A stretch of DNA of 64,000 nt. Source: Candidatus Jacksonbacteria bacterium RIFCSPLOWO2_02_FULL_44_20. Lineage in GTDB: Bacteria > Patescibacteriota > Patescibacteriia > UBA9629. Of the stretch, positions 46,229 through 56,183 are shown in pieces. Location: the NCBI GenBank assembly GCA_001818155.1, contig MHJU01000005.1:11805-75804 (forward strand). The letters are read 5' to 3'. The position numbers and the translations under genes were made by a program. Within the stretch, counting starts at the first letter, position 1. Each line of letters starts with the position of its first letter. The notes beneath the pieces were generated by a model that worked only from the letters and a program-made list of their open reading frames with translations, was not told the DNA's origin and did not search any database.

Positions 46229-46909
46229 TCAGGGTTGAATTTTTATTCCAGGTCCCATTGTTGAACACACTGTGATCCTTTGGATAAACGATCCTTTAAC
46301 TCCTTTTGGCCGCAGTTTCCTAATCTCTCCTAAGAATACCAGTATATTTTCCTCAAGTTTTTTGGCTTCCCAGCTGACCTTGCCGACTATTTGATGGATA
46401 TTGCCCGAATCATCGTTTCTAAACGTAATCTGCCCTCCATGTAATTTTTTTATTGCCGCCGCCGCCTCGGTAACAGCGGTTCCATTTTTTGGAGAAGGCA
46501 TAATCCCTTTCACTCCAAGCACCTTCGCGATTTTTGTGAGTTCTTTCATGAAATCCGTTGTGGCAACAGCAATGTCAAAATTAATTTTTTGCGATTTAGC
46601 GATTTCTTCAACTAATTCTTTCCCGCCGACAATAAAGGCTCCAGCGGTTTTTGCCTCTTTCTGTTGTGATTCAGTAAAGGCGGCGATACGCAATGTTTTC
46701 CCGGTGCCGTGCGGAAGCGTTGTGAGTCCGCGAACAGTTTGATCTGATTTTTTTGGATCAATACCAAGCTTTATATGCGCTTCAACTGATTCGTCAAAAC
46801 GCGCTCCAGTGAGTTCCTTTAAGAGCGCTATTGCCTCTGCGATAGGGTAAACCCCTTTTGCTTCTGTTTTTGCAAGAGCCGCGCGGAAACGTTTGGATTT
46901 TTGGGACAT
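46229..46909 (-). CDS. rplA: 50S ribosomal protein L1
   Basis: uL1 signature (ESVEAHIKLGIDPKKSDQTVRG ... LPHGTGK). Confidence 0.9.
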   Translation of the reverse strand: MSQKSKRFRAALAKTEAKGVYPIAEAIALLKELTGARFDESVEAHIKLGIDPKKSDQTVRGLTTLPHGTGKTLRIAAFTESQQKEAKTAGAFIVGGKELVEEIAKSQKINFDIAVATTDFMKELTKIAKVLGVKGIMPSPKNGTAVTEAAAAIKKLHGGQITFRNDDSGNIHQIVGKVSWEAKKLEENILVFLGEIRKLRPKGVKGSFIQRITVCSTMGPGIKIQP

Positions 46910-46941
46910 AAATTTACGTGGTGTAAACGAATGACCCCTTC

Positions 46942-49662
46942 TTAAGCCACTCTCCCACCTTTATTTAATGGAGCAACTATATCATCAAATTTTTTCTTGG
47001 TCAACGTTTTTGCAAACAAGGAATATAACAGTTTCATAAATTCCACAACAAGAAGAACAACGGTAACCTCCGCGATAATCATAGCCCATTCAAGCGATCC
47101 TAGCTCTTGCACATGCAGAAATCGGGCAAGCGGAGGCGCGTAGAGCGCAAGCATCTGAAGCGCAAAACTTACTCCTACAGCAAGGATCAGCCAAGAGTTT
47201 GAAAAAAGTTTTCGTATTTGAAACGGATGACCCAGATCTCGTATACTGTAGACATAAGCAAGCGTATTAAAGGCGAGCGTTGTAAAAGCGACTGTCCGCG
47301 CGATTTCCAATCCCTCGCGCGCGTAAAAAAAATAAAAAAGCCCTGCCGTCATAATACCGCCGATAGAGCTGATGAGCGCAATAAACAGTTTCATCTGAAA
47401 AGTTACCAAAGACGCTTGGCTACCAATCGGTTTTTTGTTCAGAATAGTTTTGTCCGCAGGTTCGAGCGTTAGCGCAAAAGACGGGAGACCGTCTGTGATT
47501 ATATTAATCCACAATAGTTGCGCCGCCGTAAGCGGAAGAGGAAGTTTAAAAATAAAGGATGAAACGAGCAAGATAATCGCGGAAAAACTGTCTGCGAGAA
47601 AGTATAAAATAACAGTGCGGATATTATTGAAAATAATTCGTCCTTCGCGGATCGCGGAGATAATCACAGAAAAATTATTGTCTAAAAGTACCATATCCGC
47701 CGATTCCTTCGCAGTGTCAGTCCCGGAACCGAGCGCAATTCCGATGTCGGCCTCCGCAAGAGCTGGGGCGTCATTCACGCCGTCTCCGGTCATTGCAACG
47801 ACCCACCCTCGTTTTCTAAGCGCCGAAACAAGCGCAAGTTTGTCCTCCGGAGCAACGCGGGCGAATACTGAAGCCGTGTTTAGAATTATTTCGCGCGCGC
47901 GATCGTCGCTTTTTGTAAATATATCTCCTTCAACCACTGCTTCATTTTTTCCAATCAATCCAAGTTCAATCCCGATACATTGCGCCGTCAGTTTATGATC
48001 TCCTGTTAACATTAGAACTCTGATTCCTGCCTCTTTCGCTTTTGCTAAAGTATCTTTAACGTCAAAACGCAACGGATCGCGCAATCCGTACAAACACACG
48101 AACGTTATGCCTTCCTCAAGAAGTTCTAGCAAAGGGCGAGCGCGGTCTTTTGCCCCGACTTCACGGAATCCGGCGAGAAGAACGCGAAATCCGTTTTTGG
48201 AAAGTGCTGTAATCCGCTCTGCAATCGCATCTTTTTCTCCGCGGACGATCGGTTTTATCACGCCATTGTGATATATCTGTTTAATATCGCGCAGAAGTTT
48301 TTCAGGCGCGCCTTTGACAAAAAGTTCAAATTTTTCTCGCCCATCGTATTTATGCAAAGTGATCATGGATTTTACGCCTGAACTGAAAGGAACTTCGTAT
48401 AGACGCGGGTATTTTGAGTGGAGTTGTGAAACGTCAATCCCTGATTGAAGAGCTGCCTTGTAAAGCGCTTGATCAACAGGCGTGCCGGAGACGACTCGCT
48501 CGTTTAAGTGCGCATCTGTTTCTTCATAAGCGTCATTGCACAAAACTCCGATCTCAAGAGCTTTCACAAGTTCCTTGCTTTTTTCCTCAACCTGACTTCC
48601 GGAAACCCCTGTGTGTCCGTTTGCCGTTTCTATACGCTCCACTTCCATAATACCCTCTGTAAGCGTGCCAGTTTTGTCAACGCAGATAATAGATGTGCTT
48701 CCGAGCGTCTCTGCCGCAGAAAGCCGCCGCACAAGGGCTTTTTCACGAAGTATTCTCTGCATGCCAATTGCTAGAATCGCTGTAACGGTTATTGCTAGCC
48801 CTTCGGGAATTGCCGCAACAGCAACGGCAACCGAAGTCAATAACATCTCCTCAAAACTTTTTCCGGCCCAAAGACCGATTATAAAAATAACGAATGCAAA
48901 CGCGAGGATTACTCCGCCGAGCATTCGCGAGAATCGCTCAAGTTTTTTTGCAAGTAGCGATGGTTCCTCATCTGACTGCTCTATTGCTTTCGCGATTTTT
49001 CCTATGTAACTCAAACTCCCGATTGATGTTACAACAAATTCTCCGTTTCCTTCAGTAACCACGGTTCCGCTCCGCACACAATTTGTTTGATCTATGCGCG
49101 AAGTTAAAAGAGCGAGCGTGTGATGCATTTTGCATACAGGTTCTGACTCACCGGTAACAGAAGATTCGTTTATGAAAAGATTATTGCTTTTAATGAGCCG
49201 TCCGTCTCCCGAAACGCGATCGCCTGGAGTTAAGCGCACAATGTCGCCCGGAACAATTAGTTCAGCGTTTATAGTTTTCATCGTCCCGTCTCTTCGCGCC
49301 TTGACTGTGTAAACAAGCGCGTTACGAAGCGTTTCAAACGCGGATTCGGCTTTGTGTTCCTGCAAAAATCCAAAAATCGCGTTTACAAGTATTGCAACCG
49401 CAATAACTGCGGCGTCGCCATATTTTCCGAGAGTCGCGCTTATAACAAAAGCCGCAATTAAAATAAGAATAAGCGCGTTTTGAAACTGATGAGCAAAAAT
49501 TGCAAATGCGCCGCGCCGTTTCTTTTGCGGAACAAGATTTAATCCGTATTTTTCGCGGCGTTTTGCGGCTTCAATTTCAGTTAGCCCGAGAGGAGAAGTT
49601 TTCAATTTTTTACATACCTCGGGGATGGTGAGATGATGAAATTGTTGAGATGATTGTGGCAT
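46942..49662 (-). CDS. cation-transporting P-type ATPase (P2/P3-type, Ca2+/Mg2+-like)
   Basis: ICVDKTGTLT phosphorylation site, TGES, MLTGDHKLTA, TGDGVNDAPAL hinge, 10 TM helices. Confidence 0.9.
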   Translation of the reverse strand: MPQSSQQFHHLTIPEVCKKLKTSPLGLTEIEAAKRREKYGLNLVPQKKRRGAFAIFAHQFQNALILILIAAFVISATLGKYGDAAVIAVAILVNAIFGFLQEHKAESAFETLRNALVYTVKARRDGTMKTINAELIVPGDIVRLTPGDRVSGDGRLIKSNNLFINESSVTGESEPVCKMHHTLALLTSRIDQTNCVRSGTVVTEGNGEFVVTSIGSLSYIGKIAKAIEQSDEEPSLLAKKLERFSRMLGGVILAFAFVIFIIGLWAGKSFEEMLLTSVAVAVAAIPEGLAITVTAILAIGMQRILREKALVRRLSAAETLGSTSIICVDKTGTLTEGIMEVERIETANGHTGVSGSQVEEKSKELVKALEIGVLCNDAYEETDAHLNERVVSGTPVDQALYKAALQSGIDVSQLHSKYPRLYEVPFSSGVKSMITLHKYDGREKFELFVKGAPEKLLRDIKQIYHNGVIKPIVRGEKDAIAERITALSKNGFRVLLAGFREVGAKDRARPLLELLEEGITFVCLYGLRDPLRFDVKDTLAKAKEAGIRVLMLTGDHKLTAQCIGIELGLIGKNEAVVEGDIFTKSDDRAREIILNTASVFARVAPEDKLALVSALRKRGWVVAMTGDGVNDAPALAEADIGIALGSGTDTAKESADMVLLDNNFSVIISAIREGRIIFNNIRTVILYFLADSFSAIILLVSSFIFKLPLPLTAAQLLWINIITDGLPSFALTLEPADKTILNKKPIGSQASLVTFQMKLFIALISSIGGIMTAGLFYFFYAREGLEIARTVAFTTLAFNTLAYVYSIRDLGHPFQIRKLFSNSWLILAVGVSFALQMLALYAPPLARFLHVQELGSLEWAMIIAEVTVVLLVVEFMKLLYSLFAKTLTKKKFDDIVAPLNKGGRVA

Positions 49663-49685
49663 GTGTATTTATCAGTATAACAAAA

Positions 49686-49712
49686 AAGCAGGAATTGCGG
49701 AAATCCTGCTTT
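49686..49712. terminator. hairpin (AGCAGGA-10nt-TCCTGCT) flanked by A/T runs on both sides; candidate bidirectional terminator between P-type ATPase and secF
   Basis: Stem 49688..49694/49704..49710 with T-rich tails in both orientations. Confidence 0.45.
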
Positions 49713-49740
49713 AATTTTTGCGACAAATAAAAAAACTGTT

Positions 49741-50676
49741 CTATTTTTTTCTCTCCCAGTCGTACAAAAGCGGGGACGCGAGAAAGATGGAAGAGTAGGT
49801 GCCAACGCTTATGCCTATAGTAAGCGCGAGGGAAAAATAAAATGTCGCTCCTCCGCCGAAAAAGAGAAGCGCGAAGAGAACAAGGAGAATTGTGAGCGAG
49901 GTGTTTAATGAGCGAACCATTGTGTCGGCAACGCTTTTATTGACGATTATGGCAAGATCATTTTCAAAACGGTGGCGTATCAGATTTTCGCGGATGCGAT
50001 CAAAAACCACAATTGTGTCGTTTACCGAATATCCGAGAACAAGAAGGATCGCGGCGATAAATGAACTGTCAATTTCAACATCAAAAAATTTTCCGAGTAC
50101 CGCAAAAACGCCAATTGTTATTGAAACGTCGTGAATAAGCGCGATAATAGCGACAGTTGCGAATTTCCATGCAAACCCTTTTTGAGACCTGACTTTTCCG
50201 ACATGCCTGAATGCCCATGCCACATAGAACATTATGCCCGAAAGCACGAGCGCTAATTGCAGAAACGCCTTGCTCTGCAATTCTTTTCCGATTGTTGGCC
50301 CGACAGACTCAAAACGTTGTTCAGTGATCTTGACGCTTTCTTTAAGTCCGGCGGTTTTTGCGTATACTTGCGCTCCGTTTTGAATAAGAGCGATTACATC
50401 TCCATGCTCTTTTTCGCTCAAAGCCCTTAAACGTATGAGAAATCCGGTTCCTGTGTCTTGCACTCGCGCCTCTCCAATTTTTGGTTCGGTCGCGGTTTCA
50501 AGCCATCGTTCAATGTCAATCGCGTTTCCGGCTTCTTTCGGAGTGATCGTGATTTCAAAAAGAGCGCCTCCTGCAAAGTCAATGCCGAGATTTAGACCAA
50601 ATAGTATAAGAACTACTATGCTACCGAGAACAAGAGCGCTAGAAAAAATATAGTAAATGATGCGAAATTTTAACAT
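49741..50676 (-). CDS. secF: protein translocase subunit SecF
   Basis: SecF TM topology and conserved GxDFxGG segment. Adjacent to secD. Confidence 0.9.
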   Translation of the reverse strand: MLKFRIIYYIFSSALVLGSIVVLILFGLNLGIDFAGGALFEITITPKEAGNAIDIERWLETATEPKIGEARVQDTGTGFLIRLRALSEKEHGDVIALIQNGAQVYAKTAGLKESVKITEQRFESVGPTIGKELQSKAFLQLALVLSGIMFYVAWAFRHVGKVRSQKGFAWKFATVAIIALIHDVSITIGVFAVLGKFFDVEIDSSFIAAILLVLGYSVNDTIVVFDRIRENLIRHRFENDLAIIVNKSVADTMVRSLNTSLTILLVLFALLFFGGGATFYFSLALTIGISVGTYSSIFLASPLLYDWERKK

Positions 50677-50688
50677 AACTTTGAACTT

Positions 50689-52422
50689 TTAATCCTGCCT
50701 GTCGGCAGACAGGTTTTGAACTTTAAACTTTTCTATTCCCCACGCCCATCCTCCGCCTCCTCCGCGCCGCGCGATGAATTTCAATAATACTTTAGAAACC
50801 GTGATTGCTGTAAACATACTTATCAAAACGCCGATTGAAAGCGTGATTCCGAATCCTTTAACTAAACTTTCACCAAGCAATATGAGAACAAAAGCTGTAA
50901 TGAGTGTTGAGATATTTGAGTCCCGAATAGACGACCATGCCCGGGAAAATCCCTCGTCAATCGCGGCATGCAAGGTTTTCCCGGCGCGAAGTTCTTCTTT
51001 CATGCGTTCAAAAATAAGAACATTTGTGTCAACCGCCATACCGATAGACATAATAAACCCTGCTATTCCGGATAACGAGAGCACAATCGGAATAAGTTTG
51101 AATAACGTAATAATAATGAGCGTGTAAATCAAAAGAGAAACCGAGGCGATAATGCCGGGCAGGCGGTAGAATGTGATCATAAAAATTACAACAAGAATCA
51201 TGCCGATGATGCCCGCAAGAAAACTTTGCTCCACCGCGGATGCCCCGAGCGTTGCGCCCACTTGATATTGACTGACAATTGAAATTGGCAGAGGAAGCGC
51301 GCCCGCGTTTAACCGTTTGGCAAGCTCTTGGGCTTCTGGGAGTGTGAATGTGCCAGTGATGACTGCGCTTCCGCCGGTAATTTTTTGCTGAACTCGGGGA
51401 GCTGATATGACATTGCCGTCCAAAAAAATAGCAACCATCTTATCAACATTTCGCGCGGTAATTTCTTCAAAAAGCCGGGCGCCATCGGTATTGAATTCAA
51501 GCGATACAATAGGAAATCCTGTATTTTGATCAAATTGCACGCCTGCGCGTTTCAGGTATTCTCCTGAAAGTTGCGTATTTTTCCACTGCTCCAGCGGTTG
51601 TTTTGGATCAAGCGATTGAGTGCGGAAAAGAATGTGGCGGCCGCGAACTTCCTCAACAATATCGCCACCTTCCTTCTTGTCTCCGCACGGCGCAATCGCG
51701 TTGTCTTTTTTATTTTTACAATGCGATTCTATGCGTCTTATGAGATGATATCCGAATGGAGTTTCCACCACTTCTCCATATATCTCGTTGTCTTTTGTTT
51801 TTTCAAAGAGCACTGTGTCAAATTCGGGCACAAACACCCCTTTTTCCACAAAATCAAGGTCCCCGCCTTTTTCTTGAGAACCAAGGTCCTCTGAAAATTC
51901 CCGGGCTTTTTCCGCAAATTTTTCATCTGTCGCGCTTCCTAGTTCTTTCAGTAGATTTTCGGCTTTTACTTTCTGTTCTTTGTTAAACTGCGCGCGCGAA
52001 AACTTTTCCTCCTCGGTAAGAGGGATCGGCTCTGCTTCTTCCTTGAATTCTAAAACCGGCGTGTCGCCGATTCGCTCTATCGCCTGTTTAATATCTGTAA
52101 CGCCCGGGAGTTCAACAATGATGCGATAACCTTCCTTTGTTTTGTTGGTCTGCACTAGAGCTTCGCCTACTCCAAGCGCGTTTACTCGTTCTTCAATTAC
52201 ATTTCGCGTTGCCTCAACCGCGGATGAACGATCCTGCGTCTCTATCTTTGAAAGGTCTGTTTCATATTCAAGATGGGCGCCTCCAGCAAGATCAAGCCCC
52301 AAGTGCAGTTTCACTTCTTTTCGTATCCAGTCAGGCCCTTTTGGATATGTAAAAAGCGCTCCAAACATTCCGAGCGCGAGAACGAGTAGTGCCTGAAAGC
52401 GAATTTTGTGAGATGGAGTCAT
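50689..52422 (-). CDS. secD: protein translocase subunit SecD with an embedded parvulin-type (PpiC/PrsA-like) peptidyl-prolyl isomerase domain in the periplasmic region
   Basis: SecD core (LGLDLAGGAHL ... base P1 ... TM bundle ... DTNVLIFERMKEE) plus residues ~128-275 matching the parvulin core FSEDLGSQEKGGDLDFVEKGVFVPEFDTVLF...ETPFGYHLIR. Confidence 0.9.
   Translation of the reverse strand: MTPSHKIRFQALLVLALGMFGALFTYPKGPDWIRKEVKLHLGLDLAGGAHLEYETDLSKIETQDRSSAVEATRNVIEERVNALGVGEALVQTNKTKEGYRIIVELPGVTDIKQAIERIGDTPVLEFKEEAEPIPLTEEEKFSRAQFNKEQKVKAENLLKELGSATDEKFAEKAREFSEDLGSQEKGGDLDFVEKGVFVPEFDTVLFEKTKDNEIYGEVVETPFGYHLIRRIESHCKNKKDNAIAPCGDKKEGGDIVEEVRGRHILFRTQSLDPKQPLEQWKNTQLSGEYLKRAGVQFDQNTGFPIVSLEFNTDGARLFEEITARNVDKMVAIFLDGNVISAPRVQQKITGGSAVITGTFTLPEAQELAKRLNAGALPLPISIVSQYQVGATLGASAVEQSFLAGIIGMILVVIFMITFYRLPGIIASVSLLIYTLIIITLFKLIPIVLSLSGIAGFIMSIGMAVDTNVLIFERMKEELRAGKTLHAAIDEGFSRAWSSIRDSNISTLITAFVLILLGESLVKGFGITLSIGVLISMFTAITVSKVLLKFIARRGGGGGWAWGIEKFKVQNLSADRQD
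50694..50713. repeat. palindromic element copy D (CCTGCCTGTCGGCAGACAGG), inside the last 7 codons of secD just upstream of secF
   Basis: Same family. GAC/GTC arms swapped to GTC/GAC relative to copy B, i.e. compensatory change preserving the stem. Confidence 0.6.
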
Positions 52423-52471
52423 GAGTAATGTTTATATCAAATGTTTTTATGCTTGGCAAGTTTGGCGTTTA

Positions 52472-55081
52472 TTACGCCCCATGGCACTTTTTATATTTTT
52501 TCCCGCTTCCGCACCAGCACTGTTCATTTCGGCCTGGTTTTGTTCCGGTTTTCGGTAAAACTTCCTGACTTTGTATTATTGGCGCGGGCGTTCTGGTATT
52601 CGTTTGGTATGCGATAAAAATTTTATAGATACTGCCCGCGACCTGCCGCTCAATTTCCCGCGTCAGCGCCTTATACATAGAAAACGCCTCGCGTTTGTAT
52701 TCCACAAGCGGATCTCTCTGGCCATAACCGCGTAGCCCTATCCCGACGCGCAAATGTTCAATCGCATCCAAATGGGCGACCCATAAAGTATCAATTGTGC
52801 GCAAGAGAAGCGTTTTTTCTATATGCTTTTTAGCTTCAGAGTCCAAATGCGAACCGTAATCGTCATACTGCGCTTTAGAGAGCTCATATATTTCCCGCGC
52901 TACTCGCTCCTTGTCAATTTCATAATTTACAACTTGTAATTTATAATTTGTAATTTCAAGAGGAATGCTTGCCAACACTCGTTTTAATTCCTCCATATTA
53001 TTTCCAAATTCTCTAAGCGCCTGCTCTATTTCCGCGCGCACCATATCTAAAATTATCGGCTGAAGCGGTTCATCGCGTTCAAACGCTTGTAAAATATCGT
53101 TCCGTCGGCCGTAAATTGTCGCGCGTTGTTTGTTGATTACGTCATCATATTCAACAAGATGTTTACGGATGTCAAAGTTATGCCCTTCAACGCGTTCTTG
53201 CGCCTTTTCAATTGATTTTGAGATCATCTTATTTTCAATCGGCATATCTTCAGGAAGGCCTAGCCGATCCATAATGTTTTTCACTCGCTCGCCTCCAAAA
53301 ATTCTCATAAGATCATCTTCAAGCGAGATGAAAAATTGAGATTCGCCAGCGTCTCCCTGCCTGCCGCTTCTTCCCCGCAGTTGATTGTCAATTCTCCGGG
53401 CTTCGTGCCGCTCGGAACCAAAGACGCACAATCCGCCAAGTAGGCGCACCTCTTTTGAAACTTCATGATCCGGCGGGTTTCCGCCCAAGATAATGTCAAC
53501 TCCGCGGCCTGCCATGTTTGTTGCGAGCGTTACCGCCTTTAACCGCCCGGCTTGCGCGATTGTTTCGGCCTCGCGCTCATGCTGTTTTGCATTCAAAATA
53601 TTGTGCGGCACGCCGGCCTTTGTTAAAAGCTCGCTCAATAATTCATTTTTTTCAATGGAAATGGTGCCGATTAAAACCGGTTGCCCGCGTTCATACTTTT
53701 CCTTAACAGAATCCACAAGCGAGCGAAATTTTCCGCGTTCGTTTTTGTAAACAACGTCTCTCTTATCGGCGCGAATCATCGGACGATTTGTCGGAATCTG
53801 CGTTACATGCAAATTATAAATTTTGTGAAACTCCTCTGCTTCTGTCGCGGCAGTGCCGGTCATTCCGGAAAGTTTCGTATACATGCGAAAATAATTCTGA
53901 ATCGTAATTGTCGCAAGAGTGTGCGACTCTTCTTTAACAGGCACGTCTTCCTTTGCTTCAATCGCCTGATGTAGTCCTTGCGAGTATCGCCTTCCGTGCA
54001 TGAGCCTGCCTGTAAATTGATCAACAATAATCACATTCCCCTCTTTCACCATGTAATCTTTGTCTTTCTTATAGAGAAACTGCGCCTTTAGTGATTGATC
54101 AAGATGAAACGCCAAAGTTACGTCTTCGGTATAGATGTTTGGAACGCCCAGCAACCGTTCCATTTTTGCGATTCCCTCATCACTCAAAGAAACCGCGTGC
54201 CGTTCTTCGTCAACGCTGAAGTCTGCCGCGCCGGCGAGCATTGTAACGAGCCGCGCAAATTTTTTGTACAGGTCCGCGGATTTTCTGTCTGGTTGAGAGA
54301 TGATAAGCGGAGTTCTCGCCTCATCAATCAATATAGAATCAACTTCATCAATAATTGCGTAATAATGCCCGCGCTGAACTTTTTGGCTCATCTCATAAAC
54401 CATGTTGTCTCGCAAATAATCAAAACCAAATTCGCTGTTGATGCCGTAAATGATGTCGGCGCGATATGCCTCTCTCCTTTCTACAGGGCGCAAAAAATCC
54501 ATATCAACCTTAAACGCATGAGTCTCTGCATGCTCTTCCTCCTCATCTTTGCGTGCTTCGCGATCGTAAATTAGCGCTTTTCCCTGTTGCTGGAGGCAGG
54601 ATGTCGTGAGCCCTAAAAAGTTGTAAATGCGCCCCATCCATGATGTGTCGCGCCGCGCAAGATAGTCGTTTACTGTAACGATGTGAACGCCAATGCCAAG
54701 AAGAGAATTCAAATATGACGGAAGCGTGGCCGCGAGCGTTTTTCCCTCGCCTGTTTTCATCTCCGCGATGTTTCCTTCGTGGAGCGTATAGCCGCCCATA
54801 ATTTGCGCATCGTAATGGCGTTGCCCCAGTGTACGTTTTGATGCCTCGCGCACTGCGGAAAACGCCTGCGCGCGAATTTGTTCCAGTTGCGCGCGTTTCT
54901 CTTCAATAGATGAAAATTGCGCGATTTCCTCTTTCCACTTTAGGGTTAAAGCCGCGATTTCTTCATCGCCTTTCTTTTCAAATTCCGGTTCAAGTTTGTT
55001 TACTTCACTCGCGATCTCTTCAAGTTTTTTGATAACTTTGGCATTCGGATCGCCTAAGAATTTTTTTAGGATGGATGACAT
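52472..55081 (-). CDS. secA: preprotein translocase ATPase SecA
   Basis: DEAD-like motor motifs (MKTGEGKTL, DEVDSILIDEARTPLIIS), C-terminal zinc finger CWCGSGKKYKKCHG. Probable start MSSILKKF at 55081. Confidence 0.95.
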   Translation of the reverse strand: MSSILKKFLGDPNAKVIKKLEEIASEVNKLEPEFEKKGDEEIAALTLKWKEEIAQFSSIEEKRAQLEQIRAQAFSAVREASKRTLGQRHYDAQIMGGYTLHEGNIAEMKTGEGKTLAATLPSYLNSLLGIGVHIVTVNDYLARRDTSWMGRIYNFLGLTTSCLQQQGKALIYDREARKDEEEEHAETHAFKVDMDFLRPVERREAYRADIIYGINSEFGFDYLRDNMVYEMSQKVQRGHYYAIIDEVDSILIDEARTPLIISQPDRKSADLYKKFARLVTMLAGAADFSVDEERHAVSLSDEGIAKMERLLGVPNIYTEDVTLAFHLDQSLKAQFLYKKDKDYMVKEGNVIIVDQFTGRLMHGRRYSQGLHQAIEAKEDVPVKEESHTLATITIQNYFRMYTKLSGMTGTAATEAEEFHKIYNLHVTQIPTNRPMIRADKRDVVYKNERGKFRSLVDSVKEKYERGQPVLIGTISIEKNELLSELLTKAGVPHNILNAKQHEREAETIAQAGRLKAVTLATNMAGRGVDIILGGNPPDHEVSKEVRLLGGLCVFGSERHEARRIDNQLRGRSGRQGDAGESQFFISLEDDLMRIFGGERVKNIMDRLGLPEDMPIENKMISKSIEKAQERVEGHNFDIRKHLVEYDDVINKQRATIYGRRNDILQAFERDEPLQPIILDMVRAEIEQALREFGNNMEELKRVLASIPLEITNYKLQVVNYEIDKERVAREIYELSKAQYDDYGSHLDSEAKKHIEKTLLLRTIDTLWVAHLDAIEHLRVGIGLRGYGQRDPLVEYKREAFSMYKALTREIERQVAGSIYKIFIAYQTNTRTPAPIIQSQEVLPKTGTKPGRNEQCWCGSGKKYKKCHGA

Positions 55082-55082
55082 A

Positions 55083-56183
55083 TTATTTTTGTTGTCTATA
55101 AATATTTTCAATAAAATCCTTTATCTCTCGCTCAAATCTTTCTTGGTTGAATCGTTCCGTCAGTTCTTTGATTTTCGCGTAGTTGAATTCTTTGTCCTTG
55201 AAATGAACTATCGTATTTGCGAGCGACTCCCAGCACTGCTCATCAAAAAACATTCCAGCGACGCCTTCTTCAACTGTTTCAAGCGCGCCTCCTCCGCGAT
55301 AAGCAATCACCGGGGTTCCGGCGGCCATTGCTTCAACTGCCGTGATTCCAAAATCCTCTTCCTGCGGATGAATAAGCGCGCGGGCATGCCCTATAATATC
55401 ATTTTTTCGCTTTACGTCCAGAATTTCGCCTAAAAACTCAATGTTGCTGTTGGCTTTTTTCTTCAGATAGCGCGTCTCCCATCCGCCGCCGATAATTTTC
55501 AAAGGCAGGCGCATTTCGTTAAAAGCTTCTATTGCAAGATCAACCCGTTTATATGGACGAAGCCGAGAAACAACAACAAAATAATTTTTCTTTTCAGAGA
55601 CAAGCGCGTATTTGTCGGTTTCAACAGGAGGATAAATAACCGTTGAGTCGCGGTGATAAAATCGCTTGATGCGCTTAGCCACAAAATTGCTGTTTGCGAT
55701 AAATTCATCCACGCGCCCGGCCGCTTGAAAATCCCAAAGCCGCATTAAAGTCAAAAGCGGAGGAAGAAATTTTTTGACAATCGCGTTTTTATTATGAAGT
55801 TCAACGATATATTCCCATGAGTCGGACCATAAATAACGCGTCGGCGTGTGGCAGTAGCAGATGTGAATCGCGCCGACGTCGGTAATGACGCCTTTTGAAA
55901 ACGCGGACGAATCCGAAAGCACAACGTCGTATCCTTTTAAGTTCAAGGATTCAACCGCGGTCGGCATGAGAGGCAGAAACCATTTGAAATGTGTCTGTAC
56001 GAGTCTCTGATCTTGTAAAAATGACCCGGTAATTTTTGTTCCGCTGAAAAATTTTCCGGCAATTGCTGGATCATACAAAATAGTAAAAATCGGAGCGCCC
56101 GGAAACATTTCTGTAAATGTCTTAAGCACCTTCTCGGCTCCGCCGATTTGATTTAAGTGATCGTGAACGAGGGCGATGTTCAT
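55083..56183 (-). CDS. glycosyltransferase family 4
   Basis: GT4 (GT-B) layout with E..E C-terminal motif region (IHPQEEDFGITAVEAMAAGTPVIA). Confidence 0.8.
   Translation of the reverse strand: MNIALVHDHLNQIGGAEKVLKTFTEMFPGAPIFTILYDPAIAGKFFSGTKITGSFLQDQRLVQTHFKWFLPLMPTAVESLNLKGYDVVLSDSSAFSKGVITDVGAIHICYCHTPTRYLWSDSWEYIVELHNKNAIVKKFLPPLLTLMRLWDFQAAGRVDEFIANSNFVAKRIKRFYHRDSTVIYPPVETDKYALVSEKKNYFVVVSRLRPYKRVDLAIEAFNEMRLPLKIIGGGWETRYLKKKANSNIEFLGEILDVKRKNDIIGHARALIHPQEEDFGITAVEAMAAGTPVIAYRGGGALETVEEGVAGMFFDEQCWESLANTIVHFKDKEFNYAKIKELTERFNQERFEREIKDFIENIYRQQK

Noticed and set aside
47435-49009. Several plus-strand ORFs (78-187 aa)
   Set aside because: Antisense to the P-type ATPase gene.
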